Shown: positions 1 to 12,780 of the stretch, in pieces | Layout of the letters: each line of letters begins with the position of its first letter | Numbering within the stretch: position 1 is the stretch's first letter | DNA from: Monocercomonoides exilis PA203 | Lineage: Eukaryota; Protista; Preaxostyla | Length of the DNA stretch: 64,000 nucleotides | Direction: 5' to 3' | Assembly: GCA_001643675.2 (NCBI GenBank) | Contig: LSRY02000031.1 | Span: 930,001 to 994,000, forward strand | Notes under the pieces: generated by a model | What the model was told of the DNA's origin: nothing | Database searches by the model: none | What the model saw: the letters and a program-made list of their open reading frames with translations, nothing else | Program-made: the position numbers and the translations under genes

Positions 1-749
1 TGCAATGATAAACAAATCTTCCTGTTGGATATGCGTAGAAAAACATATCTTCTTTGCATAGAAAGCATTTCTTTGAATTGGAAATTATTTTATTATCGAA
101 TAACCAGTGTAAACTGCTTTCACTGTTGCTGAATGTTTTGAATAAGATATGAGGAGAGTTTATTTCAGTGGAATTTTCCTCAATTTCCATTATTCTGAAC
201 AAATTTATGAAACATAAAAATTCAATTCGATTTTTTTTATATGATATTGGGACAAATCAAAAAAGATGCCATGATCGAATGTTATGCCCAAAAAATGCTA
301 ATTTGCAGAAGAAAAGCTTTTTCTTCAAGAAATCGGAGTTTACTTCAACGATACTCTTTTCTTTTTTGAATCGAAAAAAAAATCAAGATATTTTTGGAGA
401 AAGAAAACCAATATAATTGAGAATAATTTCATCAATTTGAATGCATTGAAAGGACGATAATGGAACATTATTCAAAAAGTTAAACGAAATAATCTTCTGG
501 ATTATGATCTTTATTATAGGATTGATCGCAAGGAGAAAAAAGGATCTTATTGATCCTCCAGCCAAAGCATATTGAGCGGTTTTACCTCTTCTTTTTCCAA
601 TAATATCAAATACTTATCAGGCTAATCCATTTGATCTGTCATTATTCTCAAAGATTTTTGAAGGATAAGGAAGATGTTTGTTTCTGTCAATCATTTCGTA
701 AATTGAATTGCCATTTCTTTTCACTTGTCCAGAATATACCACAATCGAA

Positions 750-2188
750 ATGAGTTCAATTACCGAGAAAAGATTGAATAGAGAACTGATTATAAAATTT
801 ATAAGTTTGTTTTTGCTACTTTTTTTTTTTTTTTTTTGAATAGAGAGTACTTATAAATTTTAACAACAGAATTGGCCTCCACGCTGTCAAAGCTTAATGA
901 ATCGGAACAAAAGCAGAAAATCATTGAGATGAATGGGATGATTAATGAAATGAGCAAAAATGATTTGGATTTTGTCATGTCTGTGACATTATTTCGTGAT
1001 ATAAATGAATTGATCAATCATGATAAAATGACAGCCGAAAATGCAACATTGTTTTTTAGAAACATGGGCTATTTCAAATTATTGTTCTTGATCACCGATG
1101 ATAGTTTCGATGATTCTTCACTTGGAGACATATTTAGAAGGATGATTTTAAAAGAAAAAAGAAGAAAAGAAGAAAAGAATGAAAAGAATGAAAAGCTTCT
1201 TATAGATCTTATCGAATGTCTTCTAAGCATGACAATGGAATCTGAAACTTTTCCAAAGGATGTTTATTCATATTATGTGCCAAGCTTGCTGAATGTTGCA
1301 CAGAACAAAGAGGAAAGCGAAGAAGCTCAAAAAGATGTGGAAATGGCTTTGTTGGCTTTAAGCAACATTAACAAACATTGCGTATGAACATTTCTATTTC
1401 ATTTTTGTTAAAGTCAAATTTTTATTCATTTTAAACAGAATTTGAAAAAAGAACTATATATTAATGGGATTACAGAAATCATGAAATATCATCAAGAACA
1501 TCACAATCTCACTCAACTGGCGTATCAGTCTGCTTGGCAGTTTCTGGGAAACAGATTGGACGCTGACAAAAGCTTGAATGAAGTAATTGTGAATGAGCTA
1601 CATTTTGGAAAAGAAGCAAAAAGGGAAATGGATGAATTGTGGAAGTGCATGAATGAGAAGAAGGAAAAAGAGAACAGGAAAGAGCAAAACGAAATTTCAG
1701 TGATGAAAAGATGGTTCAATACAATCGATAATTTGCCTCTGGTTTTAATTTTGTCGCAAGAGGAATTTGATGAACTGATTTATTACCTTGTCAGTCTGTG
1801 CAGAGCAGCAAAGAAGGATGAACCAGAATTGCACAAAGAAATAACACATTTTTTAAGAACGAATTCAATCGATATTTTATTTAGCGAAGACTCTTTTTTG
1901 AAGGGTCGTATTTTTAATCTCTTTTTGGGGGAACTTCAGCAATCAACGTTGGACAGTAATATTGTAGAAGACGGTTTACTGTTCTTTTTAATGTTTTTAA
2001 GAAGAATAAAGGATCATGTTTATCTAAAGGAAACAAAAGCGAAAGCTTTGAAAAGAGAAGCGCTTGAATTGTTAGAAGAGCAAGGATACGAAGATGTTAT
2101 CACAAGTTTTCGAGAAGTGAGAAAAACTGATATCACTAATGTAAACATAATGAGTGAAAGTCTTGAAGAACATTTTGTGTTTTTGTAA
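750..2188 (+). CDS. Lineage-specific multicopy alpha-helical protein of unknown function; exons 750-804, 870-1381, 1439-2188
   Basis: ATG at 750. Removing GT-AG introns 805-869 and 1382-1438 joins ORFs 872-1387 and 1442-2188 in frame. Motifs (EQKQKIIEMN, VEMALLALS, YHQEHHNLTQLAYQSAWQFL, EEQGYEDVI) match a family I recall as expanded in oxymonad genomes. Confidence 0.8.
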
Positions 2189-5004
2189 GCAAAATTATTG
2201 TTTCAAATTTGTGTTTTGAAATGCTTTGATATTTTTGAGGACTATCGAGAATGAAGCAGATTGTATTTCCTTTTTTTTTTTAATTGTTTGTTTAGTCCCT
2301 CTCTTGTTTAGAGAGAGGGAAAAGGCATAATTCTTTTTTTATTGCTTTTATTTTTTTTTTTTCTAATTTTTCAATTGAGCCATTCATTTGTGTCCTGTTG
2401 AAACAATTTCACATCACTAAATTTTTGCGGGTGACAGTTGAATGGTTTTTTTGTTTGGTTTTGCATTTTCAAAAAGCGTTTTTTTTTAATTGTTTGTAGT
2501 CAGATTTGAGAGTCACTTCAAAATGTATTTTCCAATATTTTAAAGTTGAAAAGTTTTTTTTTTTTTCCCAATAAAGTTGTGTGAAAGAATAGACATGTTT
2601 GCTTCTTTCAAAAAAATAATATTGGAGAAGAAAGGAAAATCTTTGGAAAATGATTCAAAAAAAAAAAAAAAAACTGAACATATTATTTGTTTGACTATTT
2701 TTTATAAAATAAACACTTTTCAATTCAAAAGAGAAAAGGAATGAGAGATTTGTTGTTTTTTCGTTATTGGTTTCAAATGTTTAGAAATCAATGTTCAGTA
2801 TTTTGTGATGTTTGAAAAGAATGAGATTTCTTTGAAAAAAAATATAGTTATCCAATTTATTTATCAACAAAAAACTTAAAGAATTCTTGATTCCAAATAT
2901 AAAACGAAATTCTTTATTGTTTTCTTAATCTTAATCGTTATCTTTTTCTTTTCTTTTCTTTTCTTTTTTCTTTTTTTTATTTAAAAAAAAAAGACTTGTT
3001 TGAGTCAAATAGGGATTTCAGTGGGAAGTTTTTTTTTTCAATAAATAATATCGAATTTTTTGGAGTTGAAATTTTTTCTGTCCCTTGTGTGATTTTCTAA
3101 CTTTTTTTTTTTTATTTTGACAATTTAAGAATATTACTGTAATTTTCATTTTTGAAAAAAATGAATTGAAAATAAATTCTAATGTTATTGAAATGAATTG
3201 AAATTATTTTTTTTTTCCAAAAATGTCAAACCAACGAACAATCACAATGAATTTTAACTTCACAAACACTCAAAGACTTTATGGAAAATAATTTTTACAT
3301 GATTAATTTATTTTATGTTTTCAATTATTCAACAATTTTTGGATATGTTCAAATATTTATTGATAAAACCATAATAACATTAATATTCCTGCACTTTTTA
3401 TTTTCCGTTTTCCGGAGTTTTTTGAATTTGTTGAAGATTGTTTCGAGATGAAACTTGCACAAACTTTTATTTATTTTTCATTTTTACAAGGATGAAGTGG
3501 GAATTTCCAGTTTGCTTCAGTTTTTTAAATAAACAGAAAATTACTCGTTTTGAAGACAGATGTTGCACAAATGTTTTTATTCACTTTCCCTCCTGTTCAA
3601 TAAATAATGTTTTTGCAGAAACACTGCTTTTACACCTAAACCTTATGATATCAAGTCTTAATAGACTGTTTATCAAAAAATGATTCATCCCATGCCATTC
3701 CATGTGATTCCTGAACAAAGAAGACATATTTTGTGTTACTGTTTGTTTTTATTTTCGTTTATTTTTGGTTAATTTCATTTGCCTGAGAAAGGCTGCATTT
3801 GATCGAAAATGCAAAAGAAATGATTGTTATATCAGACTCGGAATCTGAGGGGAAAACAGACACAGAACAAAAACAACGGAAAAGCTAAAGGAATCGAATG
3901 TTAGAGTTTTTCTTTTTTCAAAATTATTTTTCATATGTGCGTTTTAGGAACGTTTTATTCAATCATCAAAAAAATGGATTATTTTGATTATTAATCACAG
4001 AGACATTCAAATCCTTCTCCGATTGCACAAAGCTGTAAATGGCATAAAGGTTCAATAGCGAAAATGGGAATATGGAAATTATTTTTTGGAAAAAGCAGTC
4101 ATCATGATTGAGCAATCTCCAAATCTCCTCGTATTCATCAAAAAAACAATTTTCAATGTTCAATAAATGTGAGAAAAGGCTGGATTGAGGAATTTTTGAA
4201 GGAACTGGAAAATATCTGAAAAAGGCAGAATTTCATTGGATTACTGGTCAAGAATAACTGAAGCGAGATTGATTTAAAAACAAATTGGAAAGAGGAAAAA
4301 CAAAGGTGAATACAGTTCTGATGGAAAACATAAACTGCAACAAAGAAGAAGACTTGAAAAAGGGAAGATATGTAACAGAAGAGAGCAAAAGGAGGATCAT
4401 TTGAGGAACAAACGAAGAAAAATCAGAAAAGAGAAAGAACAGAGGATAATGAATCAAAAATCGATTTCTTTCTGAAAAAAGGAAAAAAGAAATTCACAGA
4501 AAAGAATTGCAGGAAAACATAGTTTTGAAGACTTAGTAAAGAATTGAAACAATATTATTCAATGAAGCAAAAGCAATTAAATGGCGTTTTGAAACATTCA
4601 GAATTTTTTATTGGTATTTTTATTTTCATCATTTTTTGATATTTTTTTTCTCTTTTTGTATTTTCAGGAATATTTGATATTAGGTGAAGAAAATATGAAG
4701 ATATCAGAAAAAAGACATCAATTTTACGGAAAAAGAGCTGAAGGGACGAGGAATTTCATTCAAACGGAACATGCGAGGAAAGATGAGTTTCAAAAATATT
4801 GAAGAAAAAAGAAAAAATCAATTGAAGAAGGCAGTTTTTTGGAATTAATGTTAAAATAGAATGAATAAGAAAAATGGAAATAAAAGCAGTGAAATGAATT
4901 TAGAAAATGGAATTTGTGCAGGAAAAAATGTTTTTTGATGCTCCACAAGATATGGGTTGATATCAAAAATATGGGATCATGAACCCATAATCATCACAAA
5001 ATCA

Positions 5005-8000
5005 ATGATTCCCTTCGTTTTTCTTGTGTGTTTGTTGCCAGCCATTTGTGGCAAAGAAAGAAACGACAAGGTGAGAAATGAATATGATGCTTTCCATGTT
5101 CATGGAATGGAGAAGAGTGGAATTTTGGAGAGGAGAAGCGTTGTTCGGATGTTCTGCGAAATACACAACTCGTCAGTTGAATTGAAGGGGATGTTGCTTG
5201 AAAAGCCAGATGATTGTGTGATGATTGAAATAAGAGCAGGATCATTGCTGCAGGTTAAGGGGAGTGCGTTTGCGAGAAACAATGAGTGGAATGGTCATTA
5301 TGTGAGGAATGGAGGGGCATGCTGGCTGATAAACGCGACTTTGGGAATTGGGAATGGTCATAAATGTGGAATGATGGGGAGTTTGGTGAAGATGGAAGGG
5401 AGTGATTTGTCTTCGTTGTTTGTGAAAAACAGTGAGTTTGAGGATATTGTGTTTTGTGAGAGTGGATGCAGTATTTTGAGAGATGGTTCAGGAAGTTTTG
5501 AAGGAATTAAAAACTGCATATTTGCAAATATCACAAAGAAATATGATGAGACAGAGAAAATACAAACTGGAAAAGAGAGGATGATGAAAATGAGCTTTAT
5601 GGAGGATTGTGTTGTTGAAAGATCGATGAATGTGCTTGAGGGAGGGATTGTGAGTGGAACAGAAGGATCTGGTTCATTCACCTGCAACAATTGCACATTT
5701 GTTCAGAATGAAAGAGTGGACCGGAGAGTTAGAAATACAGACAGACAGTCAACAACTCAAACACAGACATTTTCGAACGCTGAATGGATTGGGTGCTCTG
5801 CTTCATGTGGTGGTGCACTATATGTGCATGACAATTCGAGTGCAACGCTGACAGTTGAGAATTCGTCGTTTGTGAAATGCAACGCGACATCCACAAGGGG
5901 AGGGGGAATATTTGCTTTGAACATTGCAGAATGCACAGTGAAGCATTCCACATTTGTTGAGTGCTATTGTGTATCATCAGCATATTATGGAGGTGCTGGA
6001 GCAGAAATTTCTGGAATAGCAATCCAAGCGTTTGTTGAAAACTGTTTGTTCAAAGATGGATTATCTGGAAATGATGGTGGAGGACTTGGGATTTGGAGTT
6101 CAAAAACATTAAAAACTGAAGATTGTGTATTAAACTGTTTTTTCCAAAATTGTTGTGTAAACAATGTGGCAGATTCTGATGGTGGAGGATTTATAAATTG
6201 GGATACAGTTGATAGAATTGTTTTGAGAAACTGCCTTTTCCAAGGATGCCATTCAGATTTAAGAGGAGGAGCCATAATGATTATGACCAATGGATATTGT
6301 GGAAATCTTTTATGGTTTTGCTTTTTCCACAATAACACAGCACAACATGGAAATGACATTTTCATACCTGACAACAGCACAGATTCCCAAGTCATTTGGT
6401 GCTTCTCAACAAGCATAAATGGAAATAGATATTATGCAGATGGAGATAAAAGCTATTGGCTTCCAAATGAAGGAGGAGGAAGCAGATTTGTTGCTTCTGT
6501 GGAGAATCAGACAAATGCAAAAGACACATTCAGCTGTGGGTTGAATGAAAGTTGTGCATGCCTCACCATCAGCCATTGCCTTTCCCAAATGATTGAGGGA
6601 TTTGTGGAGGAAATAAAGGTGTTGAGTGGAACAGTTGCGGAAGGCAAAGGAATTGATGTTGGGGAGAAAACAATCACTGTGAATGGAGCTTTGCCAGCTG
6701 GTTCAGCCATTGAAACAAAATTCGAGGGAAATGGACTGAGTCTGTTTTGTGTTGGAACAGGTGAATTGACTGTGAGTGATTTGTCTGTGGTTCACAACAC
6801 ATTGTTTGAAAATAACCGACAATGCATTCTGTTTGAGGTTGAGGGAAGTGGGTTGATGGATGTGAAGCGAATGAGTATTTCGATGGATTCAGCTCATTCA
6901 GAAGAGAGGAGCATTCAGAACTCACTTGTGAAACTGGAAGGGGGAGAGTTGAAGATGCAAGATGTGAGATGGGAACAAACATTCAGCATCACAAGTGTGA
7001 TATCTCTGCCTCAAGAATCATCTGTGATATTGTCTCTGGATAATTGTGTGTTCAGCAACATTGTGAGAACAACAGCAGGATCATCTCTGATAAGTGTGAG
7101 TGAAGGGTCATATTCGATAACTCTTGATGGATGCACGATTGATGGGTGTGGAAGTGAAGACTGTGAGTTTGGAGGGGAAATGATGGTTGAAATGGGAAGT
7201 GGAAGTTCATTGAATGTGAAAGGAGGCACTGTGAAGAACTGTTATGCCTCAGCCACTCAAGGGAGAGGAGGAGGGATTGGGCTGAAAGTGAGAGACACAA
7301 GTGCAGAGTTTCTGATTTCATCAGGATTTGAAGGGAACAGGGCCAGATGGGGAAGTGACATTTTTGTTGACTCTATCGATCTGGAATCAACAGCAACAAG
7401 TGGGAAGATCGCTTCATTGACTGCTTCATTGGAAACAAAGAGCAAGATGCAGGGATATGAAAATGGGGATGAATCGTTCCCAATTCCACTGTGTGTCTAT
7501 TTGTGGAACAACTTTTCAGCTCCAGCGTTTGTGGGAGGAGGATCATTGAGCCATGATTTCTCGAAGTGTGGATTTGAAGAGTTTCCGTGTTCATCCATTT
7601 TGAAGGCAGTGTCGCTCCATTTTGAAGGGAAGAAAAAGGATGTTGCTCTTCTTGAGCCATTTTCCTTTGAGGAAGAATTGGAGTTGATTTCGAATGAATG
7701 GAGCATTGCATCCAAAGAGAATGAGATGAAGTGCGATGTTTCTGATCAGAAAGAGGGAGCTCAAAGTGGATTGATAAAAAACGCAGTTTCTGTGTGTGTG
7801 ACTGGCATTGTATTTTCTTTGAAGAAATCACTGACATTTCATGAAAGTGTGTTTGAGTGTCATTCAGGGAAGCTTGCACTGAATGGATGTGGGATGGAAG
7901 GAGGCACTGAGACTATTTCGACAGTGTTTGTGAAGGCTGTTGGAGGGGTTGTGGAGGTGAGTGAGTTTGGATCAGAGAATATGAAAATTGGAGATTCATC

Positions 8001-11000
8001 GATATTTGTTGTTGAAGGGGATGCTGAAAGTGTGCCTTCGATGAATATGACTCATTGCGATTTTTCCGAAATCACATTTGGTGATGGGAGTGTTGTTGAG
8101 TGCCACGAGGGGATTATTGAAGAGATGTCGGGATGCACATTTTCATCGATCACTGGTTCGAAGGGAAGTGGAGGATGCATCAGCATTGTGAACAATAAGG
8201 ATGATGATAATGATGGAAGAGATTTCAAAGTGGAAATAAATGACTGCACATTTGAAGGGTGTGCTATAACTGGAGAGGAGGGAACTGAGATTGGAGGAGG
8301 TGCACTCTTTTATGAGGCATCTTCAAAAACGAATCTGTTGATAAGTTTGTGTTCGTTTTATTGTTGCAGAGCACCATATGAAGAGGGAAGTGTTGGATAT
8401 GGAGGAGGAATAATGTTGAAGATGCCGAAAGAAGAAGAAGAAGGAAAGGCAGGGTTTGTGATATCCTCACCTGTTTTTTCATCTGAGAAGCCGAACAATG
8501 CGAAATATGGGAAGGATCTGTTCATTTCATCTCCATCGCTTGCCAAGAGCATCAAGAACGAAACACTTCCATTTGTGAAAGACAGACTGGAGATGCTGAC
8601 AGAAGACTCGATGAGAGGATATGATGGAGAAAACAAGGAGTGTGCAATCCCACTGATCTATTTCTGGAAATCTATTGGATCGAGTGTTTATATTGCAGAG
8701 GAAGGAAACAATGTTATTGTGTGTGGGTTGTTGGAGTATCCATGCCGATCAGTTGATTATGGAGTGAAGCGAGGGAGTGACTTGGGGATTGAATCAATTG
8801 CAGTTCAGGGGATTTGTGATGTGAGGAGTGTGATTGGGATGAATGGGATGAAAATGGAAGGAACAAATGGGGAGTCAGATAAAATCCAATTTGCTCAAAC
8901 AATTGAAGGGAATGGGGATGCTGTTGTTGAATGCAAAGGTGTTGTTCAGTTCGGTGAATTGGGGATTCTGATTCCCAGTTCCTTTGACAACGGAGCAAAT
9001 ATCCTCATCCAGACAGGTTCAGAAGCAATCAAAACGAGTGTTGTGAGCTGTTCAATTAATAGGAGTAACAACGTGGAAGATAAGGTGTCATTTGTTCTGA
9101 TCAGTGCATTGAAAGGAATTGTTTCGATTGAAAAGACAGAAATAGCTGGATTCTCAACGATGCATGAGATAATGAGCATATCAGCTGATTGTGTGACAAC
9201 CATGAGCGATGTGTCCTTTGAAGATATTTCATTGAGTGGGAAAAGTGCAATTGCGATGAGTGAAAGTGTGATTCCTGGAAGGGAGAATGATAATGCAGAA
9301 GAAGTGTGGAACATTCTATTTGAACAATGCACATTTGTGAATGTGAAGCACAATGGGTCAAGCAACCCTTCGTTGCTTTGTTGTGATATTCCAAAAGAAG
9401 CGCGATTGAAAATGGAGAATTCAACGATTGACAATTGTGGATCGACAAGTTCTCATGAAGGAGGAGGAGTGTTTTTCCTTCTCAATGAGAGGGGGAGATT
9501 GGAGATGAATCACACAAATGTGACAGAGTGTTTCTGCTCGAACATCGGGAGAGGCGGAGGACTGTTTTTGAAATCGCAAAGTGTCTCACAGAAGACTTTG
9601 CCATTTGTGCTGTCGAACATCACATTCCTTCAGAATGTTGCATCGAAGGGGAGAGATGTGTTTGTGAAGTGCACTGACCTTGACTTGCAGATAAGTGAGT
9701 CACAATTCCTGATAAATTTTGGGGAGCCATTTGTGAGGGAGCTGGCGATATGGGGATGCACAGCAGACAATTATGGGGATGAAGAGGATCTTCTGAGGAG
9801 AATGTTCGGGTTCAGGAGCGAATTCATATTTGTGTCATCGATTGTGGAGAACAGCAGCGACAGCAAACAGTGTGGGGAGATGAAGAGCACATGCTCATCG
9901 CTGAATGTTGGGGTGAGCCACATCATCCCATCAGATTATTCGCAGCTGTTTGTTTGGAATGAGACAGAATTGACTGGTTCGTGCTCAGCTGAGAAAGTGA
10001 CGATCAAGTCGATGGAGGCGAGCAGGAATGGGGAGATAAAAGTGAAAGAGATTGAGCTTGGGAATGAGGGAGTTGTGATAACTTCGGAATCTGTTCGAAT
10101 TGAGAAGGTGTCATTTGTTTTTGGTGGGATGGAGAATATTGTCTGCTCGTGCTTGATACACCAGCTGAATGGATCTCTCATTCTGGAATCTGTTTCATTC
10201 TTGTCAGAGAGCAGAACAGCAGAAAACACACAGACCCTTTTTGACTTTTCTCTGATTGTTGTTGAAGATGGGGTATTTGAGGCAGAAAAGTGCAGTGTTG
10301 GCCACTTGAGCTTCTCGAAGCCTGTATTTGAGATATTGCATTCAGAAAGGGTAACATTTGAGGATGTGGGAGTGGATGATGTGGAATGCAAGGGTTCGTT
10401 GATTGAATGTGGGAAAAGTGAGAAATTGAGCATTTCGAAGTTTGCAGCCACAAACATTGAGTTGGAAGAAAAGAGTCTGATCTCACTTGGAAACAGCCAC
10501 TCATCACTCGTTTTGTCATTGGTATTATCATCATTCAGGAACATCAGCCGATCAACTTCTGGATCAAGCATTGTTTGCTCAAGTCAGCCGATGAGTGGAT
10601 TTGAGACGTGCAACTGCTCGTTTCACGAGTGCACATCAGAATCACAAAAGGGGAGCCAGGTGGCGATAACAAATGCAAACAAAATGTTTATCGATTTGTG
10701 TGTATTTGAAGGGAGTATTGTTTCAGGAACAGAAGGGAATGAGATCACTGATGAAGTTTGCAAATGGAATGGGTCAGTTGTTGACTTGTCAATGAGTGAA
10801 GCAGTTGTGAGAGACACCACGATTTGCAACTCGTCGAAGGGAGGGATGAGTGTGAGTGGAGGTACAATAATTATCAAAGATGGAAGATTTGAGAACAACA
10901 ATCCTTCGATTGAGAATTACCCATCAGTGAGAAGAAACATTATTTGCTCAAATTCTGCCTCACTAACAATCTCCAGTTTGAAAGGAGGAGATGGAGTTTT

Positions 11001-12780
11001 ACCAAATACATCACTTTGGATTCTGAATGAAGGATGTAATTTTGAAGGGATTATTTCCGAGAGGGCATCTCCATTCTTCATTCCAGTGTTGGAGAGTGTT
11101 GAAGCAAAGGAAGTGGGAGAAGAAGTGGAGATTGTGTTCAAAGGAAAGGAGCTGCTGCCATGCGATTTGTCATTCATGGTTGTAAAGCAGATTGGAGAAG
11201 AAAAGCAGATTGAGCAGCATGAGTTTGGTGAAAGTGGATATGTGTCAGAGACCGAAGTTGAAGGGAGACTGCCAAAAGAGATGATAACGGAAGCAGGAGA
11301 AGGGGTGGAGGTGAGTGTGTGCATTCTGTTTGGAGATGGAAATAATCCATCATCAACAGATTCTTTCATCCTGAAGAACAAGAGCGAATCAAAAACAAAT
11401 GGAGAAGAAAAGCTTGCTGAAGGAGGAAAAGAAGGGAAATCGTATTTGTTGTTGATTGTGATTATCATGGCATTTGTTCTTCTAATCATTCTGATTGTGG
11501 CAGTGATATTCATTGTTCGATGGAGAAAGGTGAAGAATGAAGCAGAAGATCTGAGAGAGATTGTGAATGACACAGTGAGAAAAGATCCGAAGCTGATTGA
11601 GATGGTGACGATGGAGATGTCACCTGAGGAGCAGTGGAGGAGAGCAGAGAGGGAGGCAGAGAAGAAGAATGAAGAGAGGATGAAGAAGAGGGTGTATGAG
11701 AAAAGCTTGGGGCACTCAGAGTCATCTGAGCATCTTCTGTCTGAGAGTGGTTCCACTGAATATATTCTGGGAAGAGACTCTGATAAGATTCCTGAATGGG
11801 CATTGGAGAAGGTTGAAGAAGAAGAGATTCGAAACAGAACGCCATCACCATCAGTATCTTCCACATGTTCAACTGATTCAGATTCAACATTTGTTCGTGG
11901 TGAGGATCTGTGCCCGACCACTTCATCGATGTCAAACTTGGTGGATGCAATGGCCTGTTCATCACCTCATGAGAAGCTGATTGTGGATTTGAGGGATTCA
12001 TTGTTCATGCTGCTGCATGGAAGGAATGCGAAGAAGGAGATGGCGATTGGCTCGTTGAAAGAAAGAGAACAAACAGCTGCACAGATATTATTCTGGGTTG
12101 CGAATGGAGCACTCCATTCATTTAATGAAATGGAAAACCCTCTTCAGTCATTGGCCAATCTGAGTCCTCACATTGTTCTATTCTCAGAACACATGGTGAT
12201 TTGTATTGTGATGCACTCTGACTTATTGTCAGATGATGATTCAGATTCATCCTCCATCTCTTCATCAACTGTTGTGACATCTGCCAGTGATGATGATGAT
12301 GATGATGATGACTCCCTTCCCTCATCAGCATTTGAAGAGGATGAGGATGCGTTCAGAAAGGAGTGCCTGAGGTGGAAGGCGCCAGAGCTGCAGATGAACA
12401 AGAAGATGGGGGCGACGAAGGAGTCAGTTGTGTTCTCGATTGGGATGATGGTGTGGGAGTGTGTGACACTGGAGATCCCGTTTGGGGAGTATGAGGGAGT
12501 GGTGGCAGGGCAGAAGATAGTGAATGGGGAGAGACCAGACTTTTTGAAGACTGAAGGGAGCAATCTGGGTGGATTGATCATTGCGTGCACTCGGACAGAA
12601 AGTGTGGATCGCATATCTCTGGGAGATGTGAAGAGAGAGCTGATTGGGAACTTTCCACCAGGAGCAGCGATGCTCACAGTGACAGATGCATTGGGGCTGA
12701 TGCAAGAGAGCGAAGGCAACGAAAGAGAATCCAAGGAAATTGGAACAGAAGACGAGTCTGAAAATATGAAATTTGAATAA
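5005..12780 (+). CDS. Giant type-I membrane protein: signal peptide, repeated beta-helix/Pmp-like modules, one TM helix, C-terminal tyrosine-kinase-like pseudokinase
   Basis: Intron-free ORF of about 2590 aa from ATG 5005 (MIPFVFLVCLLPAICG). Repeated GGA(I/L)/GGG and N.A..G.D(I/L/V)F motifs and four CG....(P)C.(S/T) modules. TM segment YLLLIVIIMAFVLLIILIVAVIFIV. Kinase C-lobe motifs RWKAPE, VFSIGMMVWE, IPF, GERP, but no VAIK/HRD/DFG. Confidence 0.85.
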   Translation: MIPFVFLVCLLPAICGKERNDKVRNEYDAFHVHGMEKSGILERRSVVRMFCEIHNSSVELKGMLLEKPDDCVMIEIRAGSLLQVKGSAFARNNEWNGHYVRNGGACWLINATLGIGNGHKCGMMGSLVKMEGSDLSSLFVKNSEFEDIVFCESGCSILRDGSGSFEGIKNCIFANITKKYDETEKIQTGKERMMKMSFMEDCVVERSMNVLEGGIVSGTEGSGSFTCNNCTFVQNERVDRRVRNTDRQSTTQTQTFSNAEWIGCSASCGGALYVHDNSSATLTVENSSFVKCNATSTRGGGIFALNIAECTVKHSTFVECYCVSSAYYGGAGAEISGIAIQAFVENCLFKDGLSGNDGGGLGIWSSKTLKTEDCVLNCFFQNCCVNNVADSDGGGFINWDTVDRIVLRNCLFQGCHSDLRGGAIMIMTNGYCGNLLWFCFFHNNTAQHGNDIFIPDNSTDSQVIWCFSTSINGNRYYADGDKSYWLPNEGGGSRFVASVENQTNAKDTFSCGLNESCACLTISHCLSQMIEGFVEEIKVLSGTVAEGKGIDVGEKTITVNGALPAGSAIETKFEGNGLSLFCVGTGELTVSDLSVVHNTLFENNRQCILFEVEGSGLMDVKRMSISMDSAHSEERSIQNSLVKLEGGELKMQDVRWEQTFSITSVISLPQESSVILSLDNCVFSNIVRTTAGSSLISVSEGSYSITLDGCTIDGCGSEDCEFGGEMMVEMGSGSSLNVKGGTVKNCYASATQGRGGGIGLKVRDTSAEFLISSGFEGNRARWGSDIFVDSIDLESTATSGKIASLTASLETKSKMQGYENGDESFPIPLCVYLWNNFSAPAFVGGGSLSHDFSKCGFEEFPCSSILKAVSLHFEGKKKDVALLEPFSFEEELELISNEWSIASKENEMKCDVSDQKEGAQSGLIKNAVSVCVTGIVFSLKKSLTFHESVFECHSGKLALNGCGMEGGTETISTVFVKAVGGVVEVSEFGSENMKIGDSSIFVVEGDAESVPSMNMTHCDFSEITFGDGSVVECHEGIIEEMSGCTFSSITGSKGSGGCISIVNNKDDDNDGRDFKVEINDCTFEGCAITGEEGTEIGGGALFYEASSKTNLLISLCSFYCCRAPYEEGSVGYGGGIMLKMPKEEEEGKAGFVISSPVFSSEKPNNAKYGKDLFISSPSLAKSIKNETLPFVKDRLEMLTEDSMRGYDGENKECAIPLIYFWKSIGSSVYIAEEGNNVIVCGLLEYPCRSVDYGVKRGSDLGIESIAVQGICDVRSVIGMNGMKMEGTNGESDKIQFAQTIEGNGDAVVECKGVVQFGELGILIPSSFDNGANILIQTGSEAIKTSVVSCSINRSNNVEDKVSFVLISALKGIVSIEKTEIAGFSTMHEIMSISADCVTTMSDVSFEDISLSGKSAIAMSESVIPGRENDNAEEVWNILFEQCTFVNVKHNGSSNPSLLCCDIPKEARLKMENSTIDNCGSTSSHEGGGVFFLLNERGRLEMNHTNVTECFCSNIGRGGGLFLKSQSVSQKTLPFVLSNITFLQNVASKGRDVFVKCTDLDLQISESQFLINFGEPFVRELAIWGCTADNYGDEEDLLRRMFGFRSEFIFVSSIVENSSDSKQCGEMKSTCSSLNVGVSHIIPSDYSQLFVWNETELTGSCSAEKVTIKSMEASRNGEIKVKEIELGNEGVVITSESVRIEKVSFVFGGMENIVCSCLIHQLNGSLILESVSFLSESRTAENTQTLFDFSLIVVEDGVFEAEKCSVGHLSFSKPVFEILHSERVTFEDVGVDDVECKGSLIECGKSEKLSISKFAATNIELEEKSLISLGNSHSSLVLSLVLSSFRNISRSTSGSSIVCSSQPMSGFETCNCSFHECTSESQKGSQVAITNANKMFIDLCVFEGSIVSGTEGNEITDEVCKWNGSVVDLSMSEAVVRDTTICNSSKGGMSVSGGTIIIKDGRFENNNPSIENYPSVRRNIICSNSASLTISSLKGGDGVLPNTSLWILNEGCNFEGIISERASPFFIPVLESVEAKEVGEEVEIVFKGKELLPCDLSFMVVKQIGEEKQIEQHEFGESGYVSETEVEGRLPKEMITEAGEGVEVSVCILFGDGNNPSSTDSFILKNKSESKTNGEEKLAEGGKEGKSYLLLIVIIMAFVLLIILIVAVIFIVRWRKVKNEAEDLREIVNDTVRKDPKLIEMVTMEMSPEEQWRRAEREAEKKNEERMKKRVYEKSLGHSESSEHLLSESGSTEYILGRDSDKIPEWALEKVEEEEIRNRTPSPSVSSTCSTDSDSTFVRGEDLCPTTSSMSNLVDAMACSSPHEKLIVDLRDSLFMLLHGRNAKKEMAIGSLKEREQTAAQILFWVANGALHSFNEMENPLQSLANLSPHIVLFSEHMVICIVMHSDLLSDDDSDSSSISSSTVVTSASDDDDDDDDSLPSSAFEEDEDAFRKECLRWKAPELQMNKKMGATKESVVFSIGMMVWECVTLEIPFGEYEGVVAGQKIVNGERPDFLKTEGSNLGGLIIACTRTESVDRISLGDVKRELIGNFPPGAAMLTVTDALGLMQESEGNERESKEIGTEDESENMKFE

